Shown: positions 29,116 to 40,536, counted from the first letter of the stretch. The stretch is DNA of 64,000 bases from a bacterium (GCA_963693055.1 OY843751.1:4704001-4768000); one strand, 5' to 3'. Made by a program: numbers and translations. The notes: generated from the letters alone by a model not told the origin.

Positions 29116-31764
29116 TTATCGAATTAATATAGCTTTCATCTGCTTTTTAAAATTACTGCTTTCCATAACATAAAAATACATACCACTGGGCACATTCAAT
29201 CCGGAATCATTTTTTCCGTTCCAGACAACCTGGTAAGAACCGGCAGATTTCTGTCCGTCAACCAGAGTTCTGATTTGCTGTCCCATGGTATTGTAAACAT
29301 TTAATTTCACATAGTCATCCTGAGGCAACGCGTAACGGATCAATGTTTCAGGATTAAATGGGTTCGGGTAATTCTGTGTCAAAGTGTAACTGGAAGGTAA
29401 TTCAGTTACTGTGTTTGTTAAATTTAAAACTTTATCAGCAGCCTGATCAGTTAAAACAATATTTGACTCGAACACAGTATTGCCTTTACTATCCAGGCAG
29501 GCAATGTTCAGATTTTTACCAATTGCCCATCCATTGGGTAAAGAGGCAATTTGTAATGCAAAGACACCGTCTTTAAGCTGGCTACCCGGTGATGTGGTTG
29601 TAACAAAAGCGCTTGCATCGTCGTTCAACCATGCTTTAACCAAAGCAATTTGATTTTCTGACCGTGGTATAGAACCATAAACCATATGGGGGACAGTCAA
29701 AGCAGAAGCAGCATTGCCGGTTCCCTTTGCAAGGGCGGATCTGGCATTCACAGTGCTGCCAGAGGGCCATGAAACATCTGATGTCACATTAACATAATAG
29801 GGATAGCCAATGGTTGTGGTAAAATCAGTGCTCGACAATCCCGGAATATACTGATAATACCCCTGGATAGATGCATCCCAATAGGCTACACTGGTACAAC
29901 TGGTTATATCTGCCTGCAATTGACTTGCAAGGGTGATATCAGACCTGTCTAGCGGCAGCATAATTTCATTAAAATCAGTAGTTGGAGTGGTCACCAATGA
30001 ATATGTAGGATCCGTCAAGGTTCCGGTAATTGTAAAAATAGAATTGTCTACAACATTGACATAATAAGGATACCCTGCATATACAACAAAATTGGTACTT
30101 GACAGCCCGGGGATGTATTGATAATAACCCTGAATTGTAGGTTCCCAGTAAGCTACAGAAGTACAATTGAGAATGGCACTTGCAAGATCACTCGCGTCAC
30201 TGATATTGGCAACATTTAAAGGTAAAGCAATTTCATTAAAATCCGTTGTGGGTGTGGTGATCAAATTAAAATCAAACTCACCATAGATCTCAGAAGGTTC
30301 ACTTTCAGAACCGTTCAATGCGGTAACCGCGTAATAATAATTAACAGCAGCATTACCTGCAACATTACCGGTATCTGTCCATTGTACACCCGCTGTTCCG
30401 CCATCCTGATCGATTATTGCGGAAGCAACCCGGTTGGTTCCATTTTGTCTGTCTGGTACAAAATCAGGTGATGTACCACGATACACATTATACGAAGAAG
30501 CTCCGGAAACTGAATTAAAAGTGAGTTTTAAATTCGTCGTATTTACCTTTACGGCCGATGTAATGGTTGTGGGATCTAAAATCTCCTGGCCATTATTTTT
30601 AACACCCGTGACAGTAATAGGTCCATACTTTTCGTTATACCAGCCGGACGTATTAAAACTGGAATGCGCAACCCATACGGTCATTCCTGCCTGCGCCAAC
30701 TCGGAAACACCATCATCCCAGGGAGCGGCAAGCGAATCACTCCATACGCCACCTTCCAATACTCTGATCTGCTCATTGGCTCTTCTGGAATTGTAATACA
30801 TCAGCGTTCCGTCAGAAAAAGAAGTAACACGCATATAAGGGCCGCTGGTATTGGCGAACATGATTGTATCGCCACCTACATAATGGTTCCAGGTACCATT
30901 ACCCGGTTCTGGCGCACTTGAACAATACATTGCGGTTTCGTAAAATGTCCCATCATATTCCGCCAGGGTTTTATCGCACCAGGATACATATATATTTCCA
31001 TTTACAATTGTCATATTAGGATTGGTACCCAAATGGCCCACTGCACCATCAATTCCGGTAACATTTGTCCAATCACTATCAGAGGTCGACATGTATTTAA
31101 AAATCGCAGACCGCGGATCACCCTTCATACGGGCCAATACATAAAGGTAACCACTGTTACTGGCATACAGATAGGGAAACTCTCCGGAACCCAATGGAAC
31201 AGGCGCCCCCCATGTTGAACCGGTGCGTACTACATAATAAAGTAAATCATTAGCACCTTCTTCATAAATAACATAGATTTTGTTATTAAAAATGGCAATA
31301 TCCAGATTAATTTTTGATGGGGTTGTATTTACAACCTGAATTGAACCGCTCCAACTCCCGTTATACCAGGTCTTGTACCATATCATGCCATTTTGGGTGC
31401 AATATACAATATGCATTTTTCCGGTTTCATCAAATGTCATTCCTACATTACGTAAAGGGTACGAATGCTCATCACCACCAAAAACAATTCTGGTATCATC
31501 ATCTATAATTTCTGCACTTGACCATGAGCCATCGCTTTTACGGTAAACATGTTTCATATCACCCTCTTTGACCCATATAACATGCGGACGATTATTGGTG
31601 GGGTCTACTGCAACATTGGCACTATGGCCGCCAATTTGTTCAAGGGTTACCATGGGAATTATTTCAAGATCGTCTATGGATGCACTAAAAGCATTTATAA
31701 CGAACAACAGACTGAAAATTAAAATCAGTCCAATAAAATTAAAAGGAACACGTATCCTGGTCAT
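29116..31764 (-). CDS. Secreted modular protein: probable beta-propeller N-terminus, Fn3-like domain, duplicated TTDFNE repeat, sorting domain
   Basis: Signal peptide after GAGAGGA RBS; PHVIW, MHIVY, G.WS blade-like motifs; shared C-terminal cassette; LTQNYPNPFNP. Confidence 0.7.
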   Translation of the reverse strand: MTRIRVPFNFIGLILIFSLLFVINAFSASIDDLEIIPMVTLEQIGGHSANVAVDPTNNRPHVIWVKEGDMKHVYRKSDGSWSSAEIIDDDTRIVFGGDEHSYPLRNVGMTFDETGKMHIVYCTQNGMIWYKTWYNGSWSGSIQVVNTTPSKINLDIAIFNNKIYVIYEEGANDLLYYVVRTGSTWGAPVPLGSGEFPYLYASNSGYLYVLARMKGDPRSAIFKYMSTSDSDWTNVTGIDGAVGHLGTNPNMTIVNGNIYVSWCDKTLAEYDGTFYETAMYCSSAPEPGNGTWNHYVGGDTIMFANTSGPYMRVTSFSDGTLMYYNSRRANEQIRVLEGGVWSDSLAAPWDDGVSELAQAGMTVWVAHSSFNTSGWYNEKYGPITVTGVKNNGQEILDPTTITSAVKVNTTNLKLTFNSVSGASSYNVYRGTSPDFVPDRQNGTNRVASAIIDQDGGTAGVQWTDTGNVAGNAAVNYYYAVTALNGSESEPSEIYGEFDFNLITTPTTDFNEIALPLNVANISDASDLASAILNCTSVAYWEPTIQGYYQYIPGLSSTNFVVYAGYPYYVNVVDNSIFTITGTLTDPTYSLVTTPTTDFNEIMLPLDRSDITLASQLQADITSCTSVAYWDASIQGYYQYIPGLSSTDFTTTIGYPYYVNVTSDVSWPSGSTVNARSALAKGTGNAASALTVPHMVYGSIPRSENQIALVKAWLNDDASAFVTTTSPGSQLKDGVFALQIASLPNGWAIGKNLNIACLDSKGNTVFESNIVLTDQAADKVLNLTNTVTELPSSYTLTQNYPNPFNPETLIRYALPQDDYVKLNVYNTMGQQIRTLVDGQKSAGSYQVVWNGKNDSGLNVPSGMYFYVMESSNFKKQMKAILIR

Positions 31765-31929
31765 TTCCTCTCCTGATTCAACAAAATATTTAATCTTTGC
31801 ACTATGCAAATTGTATACCTACACAGGAACAATAAAAAGTCCTGTAACTAACTGTAAATAAAGAATACATTTTTATCTACTTTTGGGCGCCTCCATCATT
31901 AACAAAACCTGTATTACAATTTTGTAATT

Positions 31930-34900
31930 TTATCGTAAAAGTAACATTTTTCGCTTTTCTATCTTGTCAGCGTATCGTAATGTATAAAAATACACACCAG
32001 ATGCGGTTGATTTACCAAAATTATCTTTACCATCCCAAATCACCTGATGCATTCCGGATTGCTGCACACCTTGAACCAAATTTCTTACATTTCTGCCATT
32101 TACATCAACAACTGATAATTCTACGACACCGGCGCTGGGAAGTGAAAATTGAATCATAGTTTCAGGATTAAACGGATTGGGATAATTCTGAAACAGATTA
32201 AATGAATCTACGGTTTTTGTTTCAATTTGCAGAGACTTAATTTTATCCACAGGGTTGTATGACAGCTCAACCGTACCAGTTGCAACGCATTCATCCTGAT
32301 CATTATAGAATGTAACAGACACCTGCTCACCTGCTGTCCATCCGCTTTGTAAATGTCCCAGTTGGGCATACCAAACATTGCCATCAATTGCAGAGCCCGG
32401 TGAATCCTGGCTAATGACACAATCTTTATATTTTACCACAAAACGACTAATATCATTGACACCTTTTATCTCTCCATAAATCAAATGCGGAGAAGACGCG
32501 TCAATTCGTGTAGTTTCAGCATACTTTTGCTTCAATAATGCGCCGGAAGAAGGCCATGCATTGTCACCGGTTACATTTACATAATAGGGATAACCAATAT
32601 GTGTATCAAAATTAGTACTTGATAATCCGGGTATAAACTGATAATAACCTTGGATAGATGCATCCCACTTGGCCACACTGGTGCAATAGGGAATATCGTT
32701 CAAAAGGTCCTGCGCCGTTGCCAAAGCTCCTTTACTTAAAGGAAGCATCACTTCATTGAAATCTGTAGTTTCAGTAGTTTGCAGCATAAAAACAGGATCA
32801 GTCAAAGTACCATCAAGCGTCAAATACGTATCCTGGGTTATATTCACATAATATGGATAACCAGGATAAACTGAAAAATTTGTACTTGACAATCCGGGAA
32901 TGTATTGATAATAGCCTTGTATGGACGCATCCCAATAAGCTATTGAATTGCAATAGGGTATAACATTTAATAAAGTTTGTGCATCGGTAACGCCATCTAC
33001 AACCACCGGCAAAGCAATATCATTAAAATCTGTAGTTTCAGTGGTTACCAACTCAAAGTCAAAAACACCATACACATCAGACAAATCACCTTCAGCACTG
33101 TTACGAACGGGAGAAACCTGGTAATAATAATTCACAGAAGCATTGCCTGCAACATTATCGGTATCTGTCCATTGCACACCACTTGTACCGCCATCCTGGT
33201 CGGTAACACTTGCAGCTACACGGTTCGTGCCGCCATCCTGATCAGCAACAAAATCGGGGCTGGTACCACGATATACATGATACCCCGTTGCATTCTCTAT
33301 TGCATCCCAGGTCATCAACAGATTCGTTCCACCGGTTACACTGGCATCAGAAATGACAGGTGTTCCCAGGTTGCCTGCAGAACCTACTTCATAAACCTGG
33401 TCCGCGGCAATACCTTCGTAATCCTGAACATCACCATTGGTCAATGTAACGCGAATATCACAGCTTGTAAATCCACTCAGTCCAAAATGAAGAGCTGTCT
33501 GATTTTGACACAAATAACTGTAATTAGATACCGATTCCTGATAACCCAAAAGATAATTTGAATTGCCAATATACCCTGGCTGATAAACAGCGACTTTGGT
33601 ACCAAAACCACCATAATCGCCACCGGGACCGGTACATAAAACGTCAATATAATGATTACTGTTTTCAGAATCATTTCTCAGCATAAAGTTGTTGCCATAT
33701 GTACAGGCAATAAAATAATCGATATCGCCATCATTATCAATATCCGCATAGCCAGCGCCTCTGGCACCACCGGCTGCAACTTCAAGAGCAGGTACATAAC
33801 GATATGTCAGATTACCTGCACCGTCATTCAGATACAACTCGGGTCTTGCGCCTACTTCTTTTTCATCATTGCGAATTAAATACAGATCAAGGTCAGCATC
33901 ATTATCAATATCACCAAAAACGGTTGAATAGCCACTTACGGTAATACCATAATCCAAAGTAGCATTCACAAAATAACCGTTACCATTATTTTTAAAAATC
34001 CTCAAATTCGGAAGATCTGTGCTTCCGGAGAGGGTATAATTTATTACAACCAGATCAAGATCTGCATCATTATCCAGATCTACAAACGTAGCACCGTGCG
34101 AACGTCCACCAATATTAACGCTGCGGGCTGCCGCTTGTTCAGTAAAATTTCCGTTACCATCATTAATAAACAACCAGTTTGCTACTTCGCGACGACAAAC
34201 ATACAAATCAATATCACCATCATTGTCCACGTCACCAGCGGTTACACCCTGGCGTCCTTCTATATCTCCATCAGGTCCATTAGTCCCACGGTCCACGCGG
34301 GTCATTTGACCGTTACCATTGTTCAAATACAATGCATTGGGATCACCCCAATTCAATACAAACAAATCCAGCCATCCATCATTATTAATATCCGTAGCAA
34401 CCGCACCACGGCTGAAAAAAGTCTCTGTGGAAATTCCGGCCCAATCTGTGATATCTGTAAAATTACCATTTCCATCATTTCTATACATTCGATTTCTTCC
34501 CGGTGGCAGAGTTTCACCCACCGGCTGATTGCTCAGAAATACATCCAGATCACCATCATTGTCGAAATCTGCTGAAACCACACCATGAGTATGGCCCTCA
34601 TCGCCAATATTTCTACTTACAGCTTGATTGGTAAAAGTATTATTCTGTTGATTCATATAAAGTACATCTTGCATGGTAGGACCACCTGCGTTGGTATAAA
34701 AAACATCATACCAGCCATCCTGGTTCACATCATTAAAGCTTACACCATGTCCATAACCTTCCGGGGAAATACCCGCTACCCCCGCAGAACTGGTGATATT
34801 GGTAAACGCAATGGAAGAAGAACCAGGATCACTTTCACCGCGGCCATAAATGCGAATATTTGAATACACCGGCCCTACCTGGCCTTCATACATATTATCT

Positions 34901-35523
34901 GTACCTAAAAAGATATATCGAAATTGCTCAATCATGGTACGGTACATTTCCAGTTCACCTTGTTGCACTCCATCAACAAACGTCCACACCGAGCCTTCAT
35001 CCCAAACAATTTTGAATTCGTATGTATCATTAATATTCCAGGTGGCGCTCTGCATATATCGGTCTTCTTCTCTACCGCCAGCATAAGCTGCCAGCATTTT
35101 ATAGCCAGCCAGCCCCGGTCCATCCGAATAAGAGGTACCTGTACGAATATTCACCCACGCGCCATCAGTGTCAAATATATCTTTACTGCCATTGGCTTGT
35201 GAATAAAGATTGATAATCTGCTGTTTGTCTGTATGATTTTGATTCGCAGGATCAAAATTAGAAACATCAACAACAAAGGTACCTTCTCTTGGCAGATCCG
35301 CCGGCAACGTAATAAATAACTGGCTATTGATTTGTGTTGCCTTCCAACCGGCTGCTCTAAATTCACCATTATTATTCTGGATATAACCAACACCGGAATT
35401 ACCACCATCAAGCAAATCATCAGAATATATCAAGTTAGTATGCGTTGGAGCTGTGGCCGCAATTACCAATCCTATTGGCCAACAGAATAATATTAAAATT
35501 ATGATTTTGGAAAGAAAACGCAT
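31930..35523 (-). CDS. Secreted FG-GAP/VCBS (ASPIC/UnbV-like) repeat protein with the shared C-terminal cassette
   Basis: Repeated D.DNDGD.D Ca-binding motifs, GTKV...ALHFGL; TTDFN(D/E) repeat x2; LFQNYPNPFNP; GGAG RBS. Confidence 0.78.
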   Translation of the reverse strand: MRFLSKIIILILFCWPIGLVIAATAPTHTNLIYSDDLLDGGNSGVGYIQNNNGEFRAAGWKATQINSQLFITLPADLPREGTFVVDVSNFDPANQNHTDKQQIINLYSQANGSKDIFDTDGAWVNIRTGTSYSDGPGLAGYKMLAAYAGGREEDRYMQSATWNINDTYEFKIVWDEGSVWTFVDGVQQGELEMYRTMIEQFRYIFLGTDNMYEGQVGPVYSNIRIYGRGESDPGSSSIAFTNITSSAGVAGISPEGYGHGVSFNDVNQDGWYDVFYTNAGGPTMQDVLYMNQQNNTFTNQAVSRNIGDEGHTHGVVSADFDNDGDLDVFLSNQPVGETLPPGRNRMYRNDGNGNFTDITDWAGISTETFFSRGAVATDINNDGWLDLFVLNWGDPNALYLNNGNGQMTRVDRGTNGPDGDIEGRQGVTAGDVDNDGDIDLYVCRREVANWLFINDGNGNFTEQAAARSVNIGGRSHGATFVDLDNDADLDLVVINYTLSGSTDLPNLRIFKNNGNGYFVNATLDYGITVSGYSTVFGDIDNDADLDLYLIRNDEKEVGARPELYLNDGAGNLTYRYVPALEVAAGGARGAGYADIDNDGDIDYFIACTYGNNFMLRNDSENSNHYIDVLCTGPGGDYGGFGTKVAVYQPGYIGNSNYLLGYQESVSNYSYLCQNQTALHFGLSGFTSCDIRVTLTNGDVQDYEGIAADQVYEVGSAGNLGTPVISDASVTGGTNLLMTWDAIENATGYHVYRGTSPDFVADQDGGTNRVAASVTDQDGGTSGVQWTDTDNVAGNASVNYYYQVSPVRNSAEGDLSDVYGVFDFELVTTETTDFNDIALPVVVDGVTDAQTLLNVIPYCNSIAYWDASIQGYYQYIPGLSSTNFSVYPGYPYYVNITQDTYLTLDGTLTDPVFMLQTTETTDFNEVMLPLSKGALATAQDLLNDIPYCTSVAKWDASIQGYYQFIPGLSSTNFDTHIGYPYYVNVTGDNAWPSSGALLKQKYAETTRIDASSPHLIYGEIKGVNDISRFVVKYKDCVISQDSPGSAIDGNVWYAQLGHLQSGWTAGEQVSVTFYNDQDECVATGTVELSYNPVDKIKSLQIETKTVDSFNLFQNYPNPFNPETMIQFSLPSAGVVELSVVDVNGRNVRNLVQGVQQSGMHQVIWDGKDNFGKSTASGVYFYTLRYADKIEKRKMLLLR

Positions 35524-35627
35524 AATACTCCTTTTCTACATTTATTTTGTAATACATACAAAAAACTATCAAATTTGCGAAAAAAACAAAGAGATAAATA
35601 TATAATATTATCTTACTTTTGCAATAT

Positions 35628-38600
35628 TTATTTTAGCAACACCGCCTTTTGCACCTTGTGAAACGTTCCGGCTTTCATCATGAACAAATATGTTCCGCTT
35701 GCAGCCTGACGGCCAAAATCGTCACAGCCATTCCACTCTACCGAATATCGTCCCGCGGCTTTACCCTGATTGATTAATGTTCTAACACGCTGTCCACGGG
35801 TGTTATAAATCTCTATCAGCACATGAGACTGTTCCGGCAACTGATATTGGATCACGGTTGTGGGATTAAAAGGATTGGGATAATTCTGGTCTAGACCATA
35901 ATGGTCAGGAATATCCACAATATCAAGTGCTCCGACAAAATCCACAGCATTAGATGAAAGCGTATGCTCGATTGTATTTAAAAGTGTATTGCTTTCATCA
36001 AAAAACTCTATAATCAACACCTGATCAGGAGACCAGCCGTTTTCGAAATTACCCACTTGCACCATCCAGTTTTCAGTGGTCATAAAACAACCTGGCGAAG
36101 TTTCATTCAAAACATGATCAGGTTGATGACTGAGATATGCGCTAAAATGATGCACCTGGGTATCAGACAGCTCGCCCCAAATTGCATGAGGAGCTTTGCT
36201 GACAGAATTCGTTTTGACAACTAGTTCAGTTGCTTTGGCTTTTGAAAACGCACGCTGCGGCCAGCTGGTAGGCGCTGTAACATTGATATAATAAGGATAA
36301 CCCGCTTTTATATCAAAATTTGTATGAATCAATCCAGGAACATATTGCCAATACCCTTGAATTTCAGTATCCCATTTTGCCACACTGTTACAGTTGGGAA
36401 TATCATTCGCTAAATCAGCACTGGTTGCTAACGATGCCTTGTCAAAAGGTAGCGCAATTTCATTAAAATCTGTAGTGGGTGTAGTAATCAAATTAAAGAC
36501 AGGAGTAACCACTTTGCCTAAAATCGTTAAAACCTGATCTTCAAGCATATTGACATAATAGGGATTACCCATCTCGATTGTGAAATTACTGGGCTCAAAG
36601 CCCGGTACATATTGCACATAATCCTGTAATTCAGCTGACCACATTGCTACAGAATTACAGGAAGGGATATAAGAAAGTAAATCATTTGCAGTGGTTATAC
36701 TTTCAACAAAAAGTGGCAATGCAATTTCATTAAAATCTGTGGTTTCAGTGGTTAAAAGTGCATAATCAAACTCACCATAACTCAATGTTGCACTGCTTTC
36801 TTCACCATTCCGTAACGCGGTTATGCGGTAAAAATAATTTACACTTGTGTTTCCAACAACAGGATCGGTATCTATCCACTGTACGTTGGGCATTGATGCA
36901 TCCTGATCAGTAACGCCGCTTGCTACCCGGTTGCTGCCCGATTCATAATCGGGTTCAAAATAGGGATCCGTACCACGGTACACGTTATATCCTGATGCAT
37001 TTGAAACATTAGTCCAGGTAAATTTAATATTATCATCATCATGCACCGCTGCGTGCAAAATAATTGGAGCAGTCAATGCCTGATATGCATCAACTTTAAA
37101 AACCTGATCGGCCTGCACGCCGGTATAATCAAGAATATCTCCATTTGTCAATACTAAACGAATATCACATGCGGTTCTGTTCATTAATCCGAAATGTAAT
37201 GCTGTTTGATTTTGTGACAAATACCCAAAATTCGAAACCGCTTCCTGATATCCAATTAAATAGTTGGCATCACCCAAATGTCCGCTTTCAAATACAGACA
37301 CCTTTGAGCCAAAACCGCCATAGTCTCCTTTGGGCCCTTCGCAAAGCACATCAATATAATGATAATCATTTATCAAATCATTACGGTACATGATATTCCA
37401 TGATTTGGCGCAAGTGATATAAATATCAAGATCACCATCATTGTCATAGTCCGCAAGTGCTCCGGCGCGTGCGTCACTTCCACCATTGTCAAGGCCTATT
37501 TCATTAATTTCGTTAAATTTCCCGGTACCATCATTCAACAACAACTGGGGTGTTACATCAGGTTCACTCTCATCATTACGGACCAGCAATAAATCGGGGA
37601 ATCCATCGTTATCCATATCACCAATTGCTGCTGTATACCCGCTAATAGCAATATTATATTCAGCACTCTTGTCTGTAAAAAATCCATTCCCATTATTGAT
37701 AAAAACCGACAACAAGGGTAAATCAGCACTACCTGATGATGAATAATTCACAACAAACAGATCCATGTCGCCATCAATATCGATATCTGCAAAGGTAGCA
37801 CCATGAGACAAACCGTCAACATTTACTCCGCGATCAGCAGCATCATCATCAAAATTACCGGTACCATCATTGATGTACAATAGATTCTCAGCATCCCGCT
37901 GGCATACATAAATATCAATATCACCGTCATTGTCAACATCGGCGGCAGTTACCCCCTGCTGAGCCGTTACATCCCCAACCGGACCATCTGCGCCTCTGTC
38001 AGAACGGTTCATTTTTCCTGTACCATCATTAATATAGGTCTCATTTTGGCTGCCCCAATTCACCGTATACAGATCCAGGTAGCCATCATTGTTCATGTCT
38101 AACGCAATAGCACCTCGCGAATAGCTATAATTATCAGGTATCCCAAAACCTTCGGTAACATCAGTAAAAAATCCCGAGCCTTCATTACGATAGATACGGT
38201 TTTTCCCTGCTTGAATATTTACCCCAATAGGTTGATTGGCAAAATAAGCATCCTGATAACCATCGTTATTCAAATCCGCAAAAACCACACTATGTGTATA
38301 GCCACTATCCTCAATATTTCGTGTGACAGCTTCATTATTAAACTGTCCATCTCCATCATTGATATATAACTGGTCCAGCGTACTCTCTGAGCCACCTGCA
38401 TTACTAACAGCAAAATCTTGGAACCCATCCCGATTCAGATCGGCAAAAGCTGCTGCACGACCATAGCCTACTGATGAAAAGCCCTTAACATTTACCGCCT
38501 CTGTAACATTCGTAAATTGCACATATTTTTCAGTAACCTGAATATAACCTGACAGGGTTTTGGTATCACTCCCGCCACCGCCTGATACTGCCAACGTAAC

Positions 38601-40391
38601 AGTATAGGAACCTGGCTGCGTATATGTATGCTGCGGATTCTGTGCATATGAATGGCTGGAACCGTCACCAAAATCCCAATCCCAAGAGTTCGCATTGGTA
38701 GAAAGATCAGTAAACTGTACCTGAAGCGGCATAAAGCCGGAACGGGGCTGCGCGGAAAAATCAGCTTCAGTAGCAACGGCTTCGGGTTGCTTTTTGATAT
38801 AGATAACCAGATCCTGATTAAATGTTGGAAAATCAATTAAAATATTACCACCACCATCAAGATCATTGATCTCACTATTGCTATAATAATTGCCATTTGA
38901 AGGATTATAAAATTGCACATCATATTTGCCGGCATCTAGCGCTACACGAATACCGTTACTGTATGTATAATTATCCGGAATATCCCAGGCCTCCAAAGTA
39001 TTATCCGGGCCATTGACCATATAGATCACAATCTCATCATCCGATGCAAGTGCCCATTCATACATGGAAGCAGGATCATTTCGAATAATAGACTCATTTG
39101 GCTGCATCTTCCAGAACTCTGTACGTTCCCAAAAAGGTCTGAGATAGGGAACATATTCATACCCAGGCCCATTATAAGAGACATCTACAATACCTTCACT
39201 ACCTTCGTATGAATGAAAACAGGTGTAAACACCGGCAATGCTCCATGTCCAATACTGCTTTCTACGGTGCTCTGCACAATTATTACTGTGACGGATTTCT
39301 CTGGCAGTTTCATCGCACCATGCGGGTTTATTGTATTGTTTAATAGTTTGCGCAATCTCCCGAATCTGCGCAAGGCTGTGTTGATTGTGTTTTGCCCAGT
39401 GGTTAATTGCCACATCAACCCAAGATTCATCAGCCCAGGCAGCATCAGTTGTGCTCTTGTGCGCTGGGGCTACCAAATGTCCATAGGGATCGTTCGCATG
39501 CACAAAATTTGCAATATCAACCACATAATCCTTATCATCACGGTCTGGTTGAAATTCATTATTGGTTTGAAATAAAATAACATTGGGGTTACTGGCCAAA
39601 CGCGCTAAAGCATAATCGAGATATGGCTCGGCATAGTTCCAGTCAAGATTTGTACGCATAAGTGTAAAAAAACAAACTTCGGAATATATGTTTCGATCAG
39701 CAGCGTATTTTATAATTTCATCAATCTTTTTCCAGAAATTAATATCATATCTGGTATAATCAGGATTACTACGGGTCCCCTGCCAGGGCCAAACATCTAT
39801 AAAAGGCTCTGCCGATGAAAAATCAAACTCTAGTGCAAATCGAATACAGTTTTCTTTGCGGGGAACCATTTTATCTATAAATGCTCTATAATTTGTTTGG
39901 GTAACGCCGCCAATTAACCAGGCAGTTTTGGAAAAAATAAAAGGGTGCTCACCATTTGAAAACATGAAAGCATTGGTATAATCCGGATCCGTAATGATAA
40001 AACCATTTCCTGCATTGGTATTTGTCACACTAAAATTTCCGGTAAACGTCTTTTGGCCGTGAGTATCTTTAAAAACGATACTAAAAGAATAAGATCCGGT
40101 TTCGGATGGTGTAAAACGCAGCTTGTGCAATGTACCATTGTATGAATCGCAAAATCCACGCACATGAACAACATCATTAGAAGGGGATGTAAAAGTACCC
40201 TGAATATCTACATCTGCAAATGGATTGCTGACATCAGGTGATGTTACATTAAAATTAAACTCTATAACTTTATACTGCGCGTAATTGCCTTCCAGACCAG
40301 CCAAACTAACGGTTCTAGATTGCACTGTTTGTGTAATACCAAAAAGCAACTGTATCATCATAGAACAAATCAAAACAAAATTCGATTTCAT
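35628..40391 (-). CDS. Secreted multidomain protein: DUF5060/DUF4038-like glycoside hydrolase, PKD, FG-GAP repeats, shared cassette, sorting domain
   Basis: NPF.DV...F.SPS...GF.D...LRFTP, TAW, NNEF, CDE; PKD signature WDWDFGDG...QNPQHTY..PGSYTVTL; D.DNDGD.D repeats. Confidence 0.72.
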   Translation of the reverse strand: MKSNFVLICSMMIQLLFGITQTVQSRTVSLAGLEGNYAQYKVIEFNFNVTSPDVSNPFADVDIQGTFTSPSNDVVHVRGFCDSYNGTLHKLRFTPSETGSYSFSIVFKDTHGQKTFTGNFSVTNTNAGNGFIITDPDYTNAFMFSNGEHPFIFSKTAWLIGGVTQTNYRAFIDKMVPRKENCIRFALEFDFSSAEPFIDVWPWQGTRSNPDYTRYDINFWKKIDEIIKYAADRNIYSEVCFFTLMRTNLDWNYAEPYLDYALARLASNPNVILFQTNNEFQPDRDDKDYVVDIANFVHANDPYGHLVAPAHKSTTDAAWADESWVDVAINHWAKHNQHSLAQIREIAQTIKQYNKPAWCDETAREIRHSNNCAEHRRKQYWTWSIAGVYTCFHSYEGSEGIVDVSYNGPGYEYVPYLRPFWERTEFWKMQPNESIIRNDPASMYEWALASDDEIVIYMVNGPDNTLEAWDIPDNYTYSNGIRVALDAGKYDVQFYNPSNGNYYSNSEINDLDGGGNILIDFPTFNQDLVIYIKKQPEAVATEADFSAQPRSGFMPLQVQFTDLSTNANSWDWDFGDGSSHSYAQNPQHTYTQPGSYTVTLAVSGGGGSDTKTLSGYIQVTEKYVQFTNVTEAVNVKGFSSVGYGRAAAFADLNRDGFQDFAVSNAGGSESTLDQLYINDGDGQFNNEAVTRNIEDSGYTHSVVFADLNNDGYQDAYFANQPIGVNIQAGKNRIYRNEGSGFFTDVTEGFGIPDNYSYSRGAIALDMNNDGYLDLYTVNWGSQNETYINDGTGKMNRSDRGADGPVGDVTAQQGVTAADVDNDGDIDIYVCQRDAENLLYINDGTGNFDDDAADRGVNVDGLSHGATFADIDIDGDMDLFVVNYSSSGSADLPLLSVFINNGNGFFTDKSAEYNIAISGYTAAIGDMDNDGFPDLLLVRNDESEPDVTPQLLLNDGTGKFNEINEIGLDNGGSDARAGALADYDNDGDLDIYITCAKSWNIMYRNDLINDYHYIDVLCEGPKGDYGGFGSKVSVFESGHLGDANYLIGYQEAVSNFGYLSQNQTALHFGLMNRTACDIRLVLTNGDILDYTGVQADQVFKVDAYQALTAPIILHAAVHDDDNIKFTWTNVSNASGYNVYRGTDPYFEPDYESGSNRVASGVTDQDASMPNVQWIDTDPVVGNTSVNYFYRITALRNGEESSATLSYGEFDYALLTTETTDFNEIALPLFVESITTANDLLSYIPSCNSVAMWSAELQDYVQYVPGFEPSNFTIEMGNPYYVNMLEDQVLTILGKVVTPVFNLITTPTTDFNEIALPFDKASLATSADLANDIPNCNSVAKWDTEIQGYWQYVPGLIHTNFDIKAGYPYYINVTAPTSWPQRAFSKAKATELVVKTNSVSKAPHAIWGELSDTQVHHFSAYLSHQPDHVLNETSPGCFMTTENWMVQVGNFENGWSPDQVLIIEFFDESNTLLNTIEHTLSSNAVDFVGALDIVDIPDHYGLDQNYPNPFNPTTVIQYQLPEQSHVLIEIYNTRGQRVRTLINQGKAAGRYSVEWNGCDDFGRQAASGTYLFMMKAGTFHKVQKAVLLK

Positions 40392-40536
40392 CGCACCCTT
40401 CTTTATATTGTTTTTAATAAACTTACGCGACATACCAATCCATGCATTTTGTTATACATATTACAGGCAACTATTGTACCTTTTTTAAAATGATTTCACA
40501 TGATTGTAAAACGGGAAATATAAATTAAATGAAATG

